DNA from: Anaerolineales bacterium
GTDB lineage: Bacteria; Chloroflexota; Anaerolineae; Anaerolineales; Villigracilaceae
Assembly: GCA_030680795.1 (NCBI GenBank)
Contig: JAUXUL010000036.1
Location: 16,766 to 80,765, forward strand
Direction of reading: 5' to 3'
DNA length: 64,000 nt
Below, piece by piece: positions 16,282 through 25,862 of the stretch. The notes beneath the pieces were generated by a model. It had not been told where the DNA came from, ran no database searches, and was given only the letters and a program-made list of their open reading frames with translations. Every line of letters begins with the position of its first letter. The stretch's first letter is position 1. The position numbers and the translations under genes were made by a program.

Positions 16282-17925
16282 ATGCAACAGAAATTAACCG
16301 GTTTCATGATTCGAAATGAAGTGCTGCTTCCTGTATTTATCTTCCTGCTCTTTCTGGCCGTCTCTTTGCCCGGTGTAAATTGGGGCGTGCCTGCGCTGTG
16401 GAATCCGGACGAGATGGTCTGGCGTGTGGATATGGCCCTAGGCGGATACATGCAGTTCGATGAGACCGAACCCGACTTCAATTATCCATCCCTGCCCAAA
16501 TACGTGATGCTCGGGATAGGCAAGCTGGTTTATGGAATGGGATATTCACGTTCCATTTTCTATATTGCGGCGCGCTCATTTTCAGCCCTGCTCGGAGCGC
16601 TAAGCGGCGTCCTTATTTATTATTTGGCGCGTACTATTGGCGCGAATGTGTGGACATCAGGGTTGGCTGGTCTGCTTTATATCGCCAGCGGCCTGGCCGC
16701 CGCAAATGGACGCTTTGCGCACAATGACCTGTACTTGCAGTTTTTTACAATTTTTTGTGTGTACTCGGCGATCAAATATCAATATACGAGATCAAGAGGC
16801 TGGTTGTACGGGTCTTTCCTGACTGTGGGGCTGGCGGCATCCAGTAAATTTACGGGCGGGAGCCTGCTGCTCGTGCCTTTGGCCGCCTTTTTCCTGATGA
16901 ATTGGACTGAGGTGCGTCGAGATTGGTTCCGCTCATTTGAAACGCTTTTTATCGGCGGCGCGTTGAGCTATGGCGGGTATGTGATCGGCACGCCCAAGGC
17001 TCTATTCTCGATGGCGGATTATTTCAAACGGGTCATCCCCGCTCTTCTGAACTATCCGAAATACGGGTTTAATTCCGGGACGCCGATCGGCTTATTTGGT
17101 CAGTGGGCGGTGTTTGAGAGTGCGGTCGGCACATTTGTCTATTATCTTTTCATCGTTTGTCTTATCTGGTTCGTGATGCGCTTGCTCCTGTGGCGGCTGG
17201 GACTGACGCACATGGATGAGCGGCAAGCCCAGGCCATCGTGATCCTGATCATGACCGTGCTTATCTTTGACCTGCCGTTCATGATCTCGATCAACTATAT
17301 TCCGCGCTATTTCATTCCGTTTGTGCCGTTCCTGTCCATCTTAGCGGCCTTGTTCATCAAGGAAGGCATTGATCTTGCAAAACATAAGGGCTGGAATTTT
17401 GTCCCGTCCGTTGCGGGCATTTTGCTGCTGGTGGGAATTTCCTATTCCCTTTTGCGTTTGGTGAGCACGGCCTTGCTCTTTATGAACGACGCGCGCATGC
17501 CTGCCAGTGCATACATCGCATCGCTTCGCGGGTATCAGAAAACCATTGAGTACACTTTGTACCCGCCGATCGTAAACAAAAAACAATTTCGCAAGGCCTA
17601 CAATTATCCGATCTATTTTGTGAAGTGGGCTCAGGATGTTGTGCCAACCGGCGGACGCTATGAATACAACCAGGGTGAGCAAGGTTTGCTGGCGCGCGAA
17701 ACCGATTACCTTGTCATTGACACGTTTACTTATTCAAGGCTCTATACCGATTCGATCTGTGTCACAATCCAAGTGGAGTGTGATTTCTTTAAGAGATTGC
17801 TGGCTGGTGAGATTACAACCTTCAGGCTGATCCAGGAATTTACCTACAGCCTGCCGCCTTATTTGCCGCAGGTTTCCATCACTGCAGTTAACCCTGAGAT
17901 ACGGATTTACGAAAGAGTGCGTTGA
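16282..17925 (+). CDS. ArnT/PMT-like GT-C membrane glycosyltransferase (GT39/GT83-like)
   Basis: GGAGA lies 8 nt before ATG 16282. First loop WNPDEMVWRV...FDETEPDFNYPSLPKYV. Polytopic. Confidence 0.7.
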   Translation: MQQKLTGFMIRNEVLLPVFIFLLFLAVSLPGVNWGVPALWNPDEMVWRVDMALGGYMQFDETEPDFNYPSLPKYVMLGIGKLVYGMGYSRSIFYIAARSFSALLGALSGVLIYYLARTIGANVWTSGLAGLLYIASGLAAANGRFAHNDLYLQFFTIFCVYSAIKYQYTRSRGWLYGSFLTVGLAASSKFTGGSLLLVPLAAFFLMNWTEVRRDWFRSFETLFIGGALSYGGYVIGTPKALFSMADYFKRVIPALLNYPKYGFNSGTPIGLFGQWAVFESAVGTFVYYLFIVCLIWFVMRLLLWRLGLTHMDERQAQAIVILIMTVLIFDLPFMISINYIPRYFIPFVPFLSILAALFIKEGIDLAKHKGWNFVPSVAGILLLVGISYSLLRLVSTALLFMNDARMPASAYIASLRGYQKTIEYTLYPPIVNKKQFRKAYNYPIYFVKWAQDVVPTGGRYEYNQGEQGLLARETDYLVIDTFTYSRLYTDSICVTIQVECDFFKRLLAGEITTFRLIQEFTYSLPPYLPQVSITAVNPEIRIYERVR

Positions 17926-17995
17926 TAACTCACCTTACTTACGCGCCAGAGAATGCTCCCGCCGCCGGGAGTCATGAGTGCGTAAGGTGAGTTAT
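17925..17995. terminator. Compound hairpin between convergent genes (candidate bidirectional terminator)
   Basis: 14-bp stem ATAACTCACCTTAC (17925-17938) / GTAAGGTGAGTTAT (17982-17995) overlaps both stop codons. Inner hairpin CTCCCG-CCGC-CGGGAG. T-rich tract follows on the + strand. Confidence 0.55.
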
Positions 17996-18735
17996 TTATT
18001 TTCCAGGATTACCAACAATCTTGTTGCAAATAATGCGGGGAATGGCTGCATTAGTTTTTCCAAAAACTTCACGAATGGATACGCAAAAGCGGGATAGAGT
18101 TGCGGCCCGGAATATCCGCCCGAGGCGGCGTAGGCTAACGCGGGGATTCGTTTAACTTCAACGACCTTCCAAGCCCTTAATTCAGATGCAAAATAATTTT
18201 GCACAAAGATGCGCGCAGCGTTCCCCTGACCTGAATAATAGTCAATCTTCTCCGGCGACCAGCCTTCTGGGGCAGACCATTGAATTTGTTTTGCAGTGCC
18301 AATCGGTTCAGGGTGAAAGAGCCCAAAAACAAGATAGCCTAAAGCGCTGAGACCGGGCTCCATCATGATCACGCGCCCCCCGGGTTTGAGTACACGCTGG
18401 AATTCCTTCAAAGCGGTGCCAGGGTAGCGCAGATGATGGAACACATCCACCATCAAAAGGTCCGAGAGAGATGCGTCTGTAAAAGTCAACTTGTAGGCGT
18501 TTTCCACCTGGTCGATCCACGGGTATGGGAAAAGATCCGTACGGAGACAATCCGGGATGGTTTCGTGGATGTTACCCATACCGGCGCCAAGTTCCACTAT
18601 TTTCCCATCCGGGAGCCTGCTTAAATAGCCTGCCATCAGACAATGAAATTCGACGTAACACCTGTGCAATATCGGCTTGTGGCTCCATAACCGATAGTTC
18701 TTTTTAATTAGATCCTGATGTAAGTTAATCCCCAT
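17992..18735 (-). CDS. Class I SAM-dependent methyltransferase (Methyltransf_11-like)
   Basis: 247 aa. IVELGAGMGNI motif I and LKPGGRVIMMEP. Confidence 0.7.
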   Translation of the reverse strand: MGINLHQDLIKKNYRLWSHKPILHRCYVEFHCLMAGYLSRLPDGKIVELGAGMGNIHETIPDCLRTDLFPYPWIDQVENAYKLTFTDASLSDLLMVDVFHHLRYPGTALKEFQRVLKPGGRVIMMEPGLSALGYLVFGLFHPEPIGTAKQIQWSAPEGWSPEKIDYYSGQGNAARIFVQNYFASELRAWKVVEVKRIPALAYAASGGYSGPQLYPAFAYPFVKFLEKLMQPFPALFATRLLVILENK

Positions 18736-18738
18736 CTC

Positions 18739-19422
18739 TTATTCCCGGGTCTTTATAAAATGCCCAATCTCGTACACTTCGCCCAAAAAAGATGGAAAGG
18801 CTTTCATAGCTTGCACTGAAACCTTTTTCAAAAATCGCCCGGCAGTTTGAGAAATATCTTTTTCTGTGGAAAAGTGATAATTGCGGATATCGTATCCCAG
18901 TATGCGGAACATGAAGACCATGAATGGTCGTTCGACTGGAGCGCCATAAACGACTTGTCCGCCGGGTTTGAGTACGCGTTTGATCTCGCGAAAGGCTTGT
19001 TCCAATTCACGTGTCTTGAGATGCTCCAGAATGCTGATCAATAAGACTGTATCAAATTGATTGTCAGCATAAGGCATTTCGAGTATATCGCCGTTCCTGA
19101 GATCGGGATGGATCCCATGGGCGGCAAATACCCGGCTGACCTGTTCAACATCGCAGGTCAAATCAAGGCCATGAATTTTTTTGTACATTGTATTCAGGTT
19201 GAGGAAGGTCAACCCGCTTCCAAAACCAATTTCCAGAATATTGTCTCCGCCTGTGCATTCAGCCAGACATAACTCGACGCGCTGCCTGTACAGGCAACCA
19301 AAGAAGGGCAGATAGTAGAAAATCACCGAGTATTCTTTGAGAATGCCGCGATATTCTTTGTACGGCAGTAATTGCAGAGTTTGCATCTTGAAATTCCCGG
19401 CCGACCATTTTTTATTAAACAA
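18739..19422 (-). CDS. Class I SAM-dependent methyltransferase
   Basis: 227 aa. ILEIGFGSGLTFL, FDTVLLISILEHL and LKPGGQVVYG. Confidence 0.7.
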   Translation of the reverse strand: MFNKKWSAGNFKMQTLQLLPYKEYRGILKEYSVIFYYLPFFGCLYRQRVELCLAECTGGDNILEIGFGSGLTFLNLNTMYKKIHGLDLTCDVEQVSRVFAAHGIHPDLRNGDILEMPYADNQFDTVLLISILEHLKTRELEQAFREIKRVLKPGGQVVYGAPVERPFMVFMFRILGYDIRNYHFSTEKDISQTAGRFLKKVSVQAMKAFPSFLGEVYEIGHFIKTRE

Positions 19423-20854
19423 ATTTTACCCGCCGCGCCGCAAAGACGACCATTCTAAGCAGTAGCAATCCATGTTTCCAGCGGGCAATGTTGGTGGTGC
19501 CGTAGGTGCGTTCACGGTAGCGGATGGGGAGGTCCACGATCCTGCGGTTGAGTTTTGCCGCGCCAAAGATCAGGTCGAAATCGCCGAAGGGGTCGAAATC
19601 GCCAAAGTAGGAGCGGTTGGCGGCGATCTTTTCATAGTCTTCGCGCCACATGACTTTGGTGCCGCAGAGGGTGTCTTTAATGGGCTGTCCCAGCAGCCAG
19701 GAGAAGGCCATGCTGAATAATTTGTTGCCGATGAAGTTCAGTGTGCGCATGGCTTCTTTTTCCATGGGGTAAATAAGACGCACACCGTTGATGAACTCGC
19801 CTTTGCCTGAAACGATGGCGTCAAAAAAACGCGGCAGGTCTTCTGGCGGGACGGTCAGGTCGGCGTCGAGGATCATGAGGATGTCGCCGGAGGCTTTCTC
19901 GAAGCCGAGTCGAATCGCGTCCGCTTTGCCAATGCCTGTTTGTTGAAAGACCAGGCTGGGGGTCGCAGGGTGAAGCGGAATTTCATCCTGAATGGTTTGG
20001 AAGGTATTGTCACGCGAATGTCCCTCGACGAAGATCAGCTCGGTCTTCGATCCCATTTTTGGCAGGCGTTCGAAAATATTTTTGATGTTGCCTGCTTCAT
20101 TGCGCGCTGCGACAACGACAGAAACACTGGGGGCTTGCGCGTGAGCAGGTTGTGGGCTTGGACGAGCGATGACAAAATTTGAAAGCGCAAAATTATTGAA
20201 TGGCCAAAGATTTACGAGATACCGATTTGCCAGTCCGCCGAGGGGCAGGGGCCATAAAATTTCGCGTGTGGTGCGGATGCTTTCAAAGTCTGCCAGGCGC
20301 AGCATGTTGTCAATATCTTCGGGGGTGAGCCAGTTTTGGCTTCGCATGGGTGCGGCGAGATTTAAGCTTTGCGCGAGGGTGAGCGGCAGTTGCCAAAGAT
20401 GGCTGTAAAAGTTAAGCATCAGACGAGTATGAGGTGTGCAAAATTTCCTGACCTGCTCGAGGGCGCGCTGTACATCCCACAAGTCGTTGACGGTATCTGA
20501 AAAAATGATGACGTCGAATTTTCCTTCGAGGCTGGAGAGATCATGCGCGTCGAGTTGGTTATATTCAATATCGGGATGGCGTTGCTTGGCGCGTGCGATC
20601 ATTTCGGTGGAGAAATCCACGCCGACGCCATGCGAGGGTTGCAGGCTTGCAATCAGCTCGCCCATGCCGCATCCAATTTCCAGCACGCGCTGGTTGGGGC
20701 TGACGAGAAATTTGTAAACATCCATTAATCGCAGATGATACCAACGCCCCAGGCCGCGCCAGGTGTCGCGCTTTTTTGCGACAGTGTCCCAGTGGGTAAT
20801 GCGGGTTTGCTGATACGCTTTGCCTGCTTCGTCAAATGGCGGGTTTATGTTCAT
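19415..20854 (-). CDS. Fusion protein: N-terminal SAM methyltransferase plus C-terminal GT2 (DPM1/ArnC-like polyprenyl-phosphate glycosyltransferase)
   Basis: 479 aa. VLEIGCGMGELIASL...FDVIIFSDTVNDL, then VSVVVAARNEAGNI...LIFVEGHSRDNT...ILDADLTVPPEDL. Confidence 0.75.
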   Translation of the reverse strand: MNINPPFDEAGKAYQQTRITHWDTVAKKRDTWRGLGRWYHLRLMDVYKFLVSPNQRVLEIGCGMGELIASLQPSHGVGVDFSTEMIARAKQRHPDIEYNQLDAHDLSSLEGKFDVIIFSDTVNDLWDVQRALEQVRKFCTPHTRLMLNFYSHLWQLPLTLAQSLNLAAPMRSQNWLTPEDIDNMLRLADFESIRTTREILWPLPLGGLANRYLVNLWPFNNFALSNFVIARPSPQPAHAQAPSVSVVVAARNEAGNIKNIFERLPKMGSKTELIFVEGHSRDNTFQTIQDEIPLHPATPSLVFQQTGIGKADAIRLGFEKASGDILMILDADLTVPPEDLPRFFDAIVSGKGEFINGVRLIYPMEKEAMRTLNFIGNKLFSMAFSWLLGQPIKDTLCGTKVMWREDYEKIAANRSYFGDFDPFGDFDLIFGAAKLNRRIVDLPIRYRERTYGTTNIARWKHGLLLLRMVVFAARRVKFV

Positions 20855-20907
20855 GGCTGGATGATTTTACCTGAATATTCTGTAAGGTGAAAATTCTGGG
20901 GTTTGTC

Positions 20908-20935
20908 TTGACAAAATAAAATGGGGGGGGATAAT
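20908..20935 (+). promoter_or_regulatory. Candidate sigma70-type promoter for the 20986 gene
   Basis: TTGACA 20908-20913, 16-nt spacer, GATAAT 20930-20935. Confidence 0.45.
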
Positions 20936-20985
20936 ATTCAGGTTGTCGTTATAAAATTCAATAAGCCCAAACAGAAGGGATATTC

Positions 20986-22275
20986 ATGCTAAAAGAAGCA
21001 AAATCCATCCAAAAAACCATCAGCTTTATATTTGCAGGATTGTTGCTCATCGTTTTCACCGGGGGAATTATTTTGCCTTCACAGCCAGGGCAAACTGCAT
21101 CTGCCATGAATTTATTACAGGTGGAAGATACAGCCACGCCGACAGCAACTTTGGAAGATACACTTACTCCAACCTTTACATCCACTCCCACTGTCACGCC
21201 GACACCATTAACTGGATTGTCTCTGATCGGTTGGAGAGGCGCTTGCACCACAGGCCCATACATAACCTGTTCGTCGTCATTAACAAGTACCCACACAGAT
21301 CCATACAGATGGGACTTTGACATTACTTATTCGTACAACGACAACAGAACTAATTTTGGCGCTACCTTCAGTTTTATTCTGAGTTTTGCCACTGGCGTGT
21401 TTTACACTGGTGTGCCGATCTATTGGAATATGTACCCGATCACGAATGAGGTTATGCCAAATCAAAGGATCAATGTGATTTATTCGGGCGTAAGCGACTT
21501 GAATCCAATGGGTTACCCCTCTGGAACATGGACAATCCCTTCCCAGCCTTTACCATATCATAAATTTGACCTTATTTTTTCAAGAGGCACAAGCAACCCT
21601 GAGATTCTTGTAAGAACCGATAAGTGGCACCTTACATTGTCTACGTACCCTAATGTTGCAACACCTACAATCACTCCAACGCCGACATTAACACCTACGA
21701 ATACACCGACAAGCACGGCAACTTCTACGGCTACATTCACCCCCACGTTGACTCCCACAAGCACATCAACTTCAACGCCTACTATGACGCCAACCCCATA
21801 TTATTTAGGTTCAGGCTATTTCCCAACAAATAATCTTGATCGATGTCATCAACAAGGTATAGTAGGTATAGGACATGCTGTCGAGGCTCAAAATGCGTCT
21901 GCACGATGGAGTGCGGACACTGATATTAACATGTATTATGATTGCACGGCTCCACACATTACGACAAAGCACGATGATTTTGGAGATACTGGATGGGCTG
22001 GTTACGCTTATATTTGTAGCGCAAATGGTGCGTGTGACAATAGTACTGCATATAATGACACGTACGTAAGTTGTGAAGCAAGGCTAAATGAATACTCATT
22101 TGCTAACAATCCTGCTTTTTACACGGATGCGGAAATGCAGGTAATAGTAATGCATGAACTTGGCCATTGTTATTCTTTATCTCATTCAAGTGATACTACA
22201 AGCATTATGGGAGCTGGCGCTCGCGGTGATGTTCCTAACGCGCGGGATATTGAATTGATAAATGCTAGGTATTAA
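20986..22275 (+). CDS. Secreted or anchored metzincin-type zinc metalloprotease with two Thr/Pro-rich linkers
   Basis: N-terminal hydrophobic segment. TP-rich runs (TATPTATLEDTLTPTFTSTPTVTPTP; TPTITPTPTLTPTNTPTSTATSTATFTPTLTPTSTSTSTPTMTPTP). HELGHCYSLSH plus SIM Met-turn. Confidence 0.7.
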   Translation: MLKEAKSIQKTISFIFAGLLLIVFTGGIILPSQPGQTASAMNLLQVEDTATPTATLEDTLTPTFTSTPTVTPTPLTGLSLIGWRGACTTGPYITCSSSLTSTHTDPYRWDFDITYSYNDNRTNFGATFSFILSFATGVFYTGVPIYWNMYPITNEVMPNQRINVIYSGVSDLNPMGYPSGTWTIPSQPLPYHKFDLIFSRGTSNPEILVRTDKWHLTLSTYPNVATPTITPTPTLTPTNTPTSTATSTATFTPTLTPTSTSTSTPTMTPTPYYLGSGYFPTNNLDRCHQQGIVGIGHAVEAQNASARWSADTDINMYYDCTAPHITTKHDDFGDTGWAGYAYICSANGACDNSTAYNDTYVSCEARLNEYSFANNPAFYTDAEMQVIVMHELGHCYSLSHSSDTTSIMGAGARGDVPNARDIELINARY

Positions 22276-22346
22276 AAACCAGTTATTAATTTTCAAGAAT
22301 TTATCTTGAATTGTTACAAAACTAATCACCTGATTAACAGGAGAAT

Positions 22347-23036
22347 ATGATGAATAAGAAGACAATACTTCGTGTGAGCGCAATACTAATCGTACTAGCC
22401 GCTATGACGGTATATTTTGTAAGGCAGGAGGGGGGCAAGGATTCAAGTGCTTCGCAAACTGAGGTGACAGTAACACCCACCATTTCGAGAATTACTTCGA
22501 GTGCATCTTGGGTTTCTAATGCACAGACAGTAAACGAGCTTATGTTGGAAGCTGATCTGGTTGTGAGAGCGCGAGTTTCAGAAGCGCCCGTTACCCGCGT
22601 ACTTCGCCACGAGCTTTCAGTTTTGGATGAGAATAATAATATAGTTGGCTCGACGATATCTGAAACGCTTTTCTCTGACACGGCCTTTGAAATAATAAAA
22701 ACTTACTGGGGTGAACCGCCATTAAATCTTACCGTCATGCAAACTGGCGGTTTTGACCCCACAATATCAAACAGCGTCGAGGAGATGATAGATGACCCAC
22801 TTTACAAGGTTGGAGAGGAATATATCTTATTCTTGGTAGATATCTCCGGCGATCTAGTACAAGCGCCAGATCGAGAACTTTACCGTATAGTAAACCCATT
22901 TGGCCGCGGCAGGATTGATGGCGAGAATGTCTTTTTATACGGTCAAAATCCGATGATGGATACATTTTCTATAATTCCAAATATCATCGAACTTGAGGCA
23001 CAGATTGAGCAAGCTGCGAAAGGGCTTAATAAATAG
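22347..23036 (+). CDS. Hypothetical membrane-anchored or secreted protein
   Basis: 229 aa. N-terminal hydrophobic helix; AGGAG RBS. No family recognised. Confidence 0.5.
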   Translation: MMNKKTILRVSAILIVLAAMTVYFVRQEGGKDSSASQTEVTVTPTISRITSSASWVSNAQTVNELMLEADLVVRARVSEAPVTRVLRHELSVLDENNNIVGSTISETLFSDTAFEIIKTYWGEPPLNLTVMQTGGFDPTISNSVEEMIDDPLYKVGEEYILFLVDISGDLVQAPDRELYRIVNPFGRGRIDGENVFLYGQNPMMDTFSIIPNIIELEAQIEQAAKGLNK

Positions 23037-23115
23037 AGGGCGGAACTAGCGCAGTTTTTTTAGGCTTTGATCACATATCGAATATAGTGTCATATGCTAT
23101 CTATAAAATTTCCCC

Positions 23116-23143
23116 ACCATGCGACTCAATTGAGTCGCATGGT
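23116..23143. repeat. Perfect 28-bp palindrome
   Basis: ACCATGCGACTCAATTGAGTCGCATGGT lies between the 22347 gene and regulator paralog 5. Confidence 0.8.
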
Positions 23144-23190
23144 TATTATTATGTGCAAACCCCTTTCTCTTTACCCTGCCCCAAATGGGT

Positions 23191-23209
23191 TATAATTCAG
23201 TGACTGAAT
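23191..23209 (+). promoter_or_regulatory. TATAAT -10 with overlapping dyad operator, regulator unit 5
   Basis: TATAAT 23191-23196. ATTCAG 23195-23200, TGA, CTGAAT 23204-23209. Confidence 0.55.
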
Positions 23210-23231
23210 TTTGGATTACGAAGTACTGTAT

Positions 23232-23699
23232 ATGGAATCAACAAACGACGAACTCCGCGAACTTTCCCTGCTTGAGCAGATCGAAAGCGACCCAAATGTG
23301 AATCAATCCGCGCTGGCAGTGCAGCTTGGCGTTGCAGTTGGCACGGTCAATTGGCATTTAAAGCGCCTGATTGCAAAAGGCGCTGTCAAAGTCTCGCGCG
23401 CTGAGCGCAAGAAACTGCGTTATATCATCACGCCCGAAGGCATTGCCCTGCGCGCCCGCCTCGCACTGGATTATGTGGAACGTTCATTTTTAGTTTATCG
23501 CCGCACACGTCAGCGCGTGAAAGATCATGTTTCAATAATTCGCCATGCCGGCTTCGATCGGGTGCGCATCGTTGGTTCTGGTGATGTGGCGGATATTTGC
23601 AAACTTACCTGCCTCGAACAAGGCATTTCAGTTGTGAACGATAAAACTGTACCAGCCTTAATTTTGGATGGATATAAGATCAGATTGGATGGTTTGTAA
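23232..23699 (+). CDS. wHTH regulator paralog 5 (divergent)
   Basis: ORF 23211-23699, ATG 23232 (MESTNDEL). QSALAVQLGVAVGTVNWHLKRLIAKGAVKV; C-terminal RVRIVGSGDVADICKLTCLEQGISVV. Confidence 0.7.
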   Translation: MESTNDELRELSLLEQIESDPNVNQSALAVQLGVAVGTVNWHLKRLIAKGAVKVSRAERKKLRYIITPEGIALRARLALDYVERSFLVYRRTRQRVKDHVSIIRHAGFDRVRIVGSGDVADICKLTCLEQGISVVNDKTVPALILDGYKIRLDGL

Positions 23700-24709
23700 T
23701 GACGGATCGTCATGTGCTCATCACTGGCGGCGCAGGATATATCGGTTCCATCCTGACCTCGGAACTGCTGCGCGCCAATTACAGAGTCAGCGTCCTGGAC
23801 AGTCTCCTGTTCGGCGGCGAAAGTATTGTCCCATTTCTTCATCATCCTAACTTCCACTTTGTCAGAGCCGATGTGACCGAGAATCGCGCAGTACGTGACT
23901 CGGTCAAGCGCGATTGGCAGAAACCTGATTCGATAGTTCACCTTGCGGCGATTGTGGGATTTCCCGCCTGCCAGTCGGTAGGTAAACAGGTATCGTGGAA
24001 ATATAATGTCGAGGCCACGAAAATGGTTTTCGAGCAGGCGGCAGATTTGGGCGTGGAGCGATTCGTGTTCGCATCCACATACAGCAACTACGGCTTATCC
24101 GAAGATGGCAAGCCTGTCACGGAAGAGTCCCCATTAAATCCGCAATCGTTATACGCCGAGACAAAGATCGCAAGCGAAGAGTTTTTGCTTTCACAAAAAG
24201 ATTCAGCCTGCGCGCCGTTGCTGTTCCGCTTTGCAACTTTATATGGACTTTCCCCGCGCACAAGATTTGATTTGATCGTCAATCAATTTGTGCTGGATGC
24301 ATTTACAAAGCGTTCGCTCATCATTTACCAGCGCGGATATTCGCGCTCGTTCGTCCACATCCGTGATGTGGTGCGCGGTGTGATCATGGGGCTGGAAGCA
24401 GATCAATCAAAAGTTCGTGGACAGGTTTTCAATTTGGGAACCGAGAATGGCAACTATTCGAAGGATGATATTGTGCAACTGGTTTTGAAACGTATGCCTG
24501 AAACTGTTGTTGAATACAAGGATATGTCCTTTGGCGGCGACATGCGCGATATTACCGTGTCCTTTGAAAAGATCAAGCGTGTGCTTGGATTTGACACGCT
24601 ATTCGATGTGGATGATGGCGTGCGTGAAGTTTTGTTTGCATTGAAGTCTGGTTTGATAAAAAACCCGACAGATGACAGATATAGGAATGCGCAGTTTATA
24701 GTTCAATAA
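23699..24709 (+). CDS. NAD-dependent epimerase/dehydratase (extended SDR)
   Basis: 336 aa. VLITGGAGYIGS, YAETKIASE (YxxxK). Confidence 0.7.
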   Translation: MTDRHVLITGGAGYIGSILTSELLRANYRVSVLDSLLFGGESIVPFLHHPNFHFVRADVTENRAVRDSVKRDWQKPDSIVHLAAIVGFPACQSVGKQVSWKYNVEATKMVFEQAADLGVERFVFASTYSNYGLSEDGKPVTEESPLNPQSLYAETKIASEEFLLSQKDSACAPLLFRFATLYGLSPRTRFDLIVNQFVLDAFTKRSLIIYQRGYSRSFVHIRDVVRGVIMGLEADQSKVRGQVFNLGTENGNYSKDDIVQLVLKRMPETVVEYKDMSFGGDMRDITVSFEKIKRVLGFDTLFDVDDGVREVLFALKSGLIKNPTDDRYRNAQFIVQ

Positions 24710-24717
24710 TTTTTTTC

Positions 24718-24807
24718 GTCATTGCGAGGAGCGTTTTTGCGACGAAGCAATCCCCAACATTGTCTAGGAGATTGCTTCGGGCGAAAGAACATCGCCCTCG
24801 CAATGAC
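24718..24807. repeat. Palindromic element family A
   Basis: GTCATTGCGAGGAGC...GACGAAGCAATCCCC...GGAGATTGCTTCGGGC...CCCTCGCAATGAC. The ORF 24722 N-terminal extension reads through it. Confidence 0.75.
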
Positions 24808-24826
24808 GGGGTACAAGGAGAAAAAT

Positions 24827-25798
24827 ATGGCAGAAAAATTTTGGCAAAACAAGCGTGTGATTGTCACAGGCGGCGCAGGCTTTCTTGGTTCGTTCGTGAT
24901 CGAAAAGCTCAAACAGCGCGGTGCAACGGATATTTTCATTCCGCGCATTGAGAATTACAACCTCGTTGACGCGAATGATATCCGTCGTTTGTATGCGGAT
25001 ACGCTCAAGGATGTTGACCCAAAGAACGTGGTCATCATCCACCTCGCCGCGAATGTGGGCGGCATCGGCGCGAACCGCGAGCATCCAGCCGATTTCTTTT
25101 ACGATAACCTGATGATGGGTGTTGAGTTAATGCACCAGGCATATAAAAATGGCGTGGGTAAATTCGTGGCGATCGGCACAGTATGCGCTTATCCCAAGTT
25201 CACGCCTGTGCCTTTCAAGGAAGATGACTTGTGGAATGGTTATCCCGAAGAAACGAACGCGCCTTACGGCCTTGCCAAGAAGATGATGCTTGTGCAGGCG
25301 CAGTCCTATCGCCAGCAATATGGTTTCAATGCAATTTTCCTTTTACCTGTAAACTTATATGGTCCGCGTGACAACTTTAATTTGGCGACTTCGCATGTCA
25401 TCCCTGCGTTGATCCGCAAAGCAATAGAGGCTGGTGAGCGTGGTGACAAAGTGTTGCAAGTCTGGGGCGATGGTTCTCCCACGCGTGAATTTCTTTATGT
25501 GGAAGATGCCGCCGACGGTATTGTGACCGCCGCAGAAAAATACAACGGCGACCTGCCTGTTAATCTCGGCTCTGGCTATGAGATTTCGATCAAGGATTTG
25601 ACTGAAATGATCGTGAAGATGACTAGTTTCCAGGGCAAATTAGCCTGGCAGACCGATAAACCAAATGGCCAGCCCCGCCGCGGACTCGATGTTTCCCGCG
25701 CAAAGGAATTATTCGGCTGGGGCGCGCAGGTCTCCTTTGAGGAAGGCATGCAGCGCACGATTGAATGGTTCAAGGAAAATCAAGACAAAATCAAATGA
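24827..25798 (+). CDS. fcl: GDP-L-fucose synthase-like (GDP-4-keto-6-deoxymannose 3,5-epimerase/4-reductase family)
   Basis: AAGGAG precedes ATG 24827. [71 protein letters not shown]. Confidence 0.75.
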   Translation: MAEKFWQNKRVIVTGGAGFLGSFVIEKLKQRGATDIFIPRIENYNLVDANDIRRLYADTLKDVDPKNVVIIHLAANVGGIGANREHPADFFYDNLMMGVELMHQAYKNGVGKFVAIGTVCAYPKFTPVPFKEDDLWNGYPEETNAPYGLAKKMMLVQAQSYRQQYGFNAIFLLPVNLYGPRDNFNLATSHVIPALIRKAIEAGERGDKVLQVWGDGSPTREFLYVEDAADGIVTAAEKYNGDLPVNLGSGYEISIKDLTEMIVKMTSFQGKLAWQTDKPNGQPRRGLDVSRAKELFGWGAQVSFEEGMQRTIEWFKENQDKIK

Positions 25799-25806
25799 AT
25801 TGGGCT

Positions 25807-25849
25807 GCGGACTTCAGTCCGCAATTTGCATAAGCGGACTGAAGTCCGC
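25807..25849. repeat. 16-nt unit and its exact reverse complement 11 nt apart (strong hairpin) between fcl and wzm
   Basis: GCGGACTTCAGTCCGC 25807-25822 and GCGGACTGAAGTCCGC 25834-25849. Confidence 0.75.
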
Positions 25850-25862
25850 GATCCGAGAAAAA

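Noticed and set aside
23699-25798. Calling the SDR at 23699-24709 GDP-mannose 4,6-dehydratase (gmd) because it precedes the fcl-like gene.
   Set aside because: It lacks the Gmd-type N-terminal signature (GITGQDGSYL-like) that I recall, and looks like a generic UDP-hexose epimerase/dehydratase. It is left as a family-level call, and no gmd is identified in the window.
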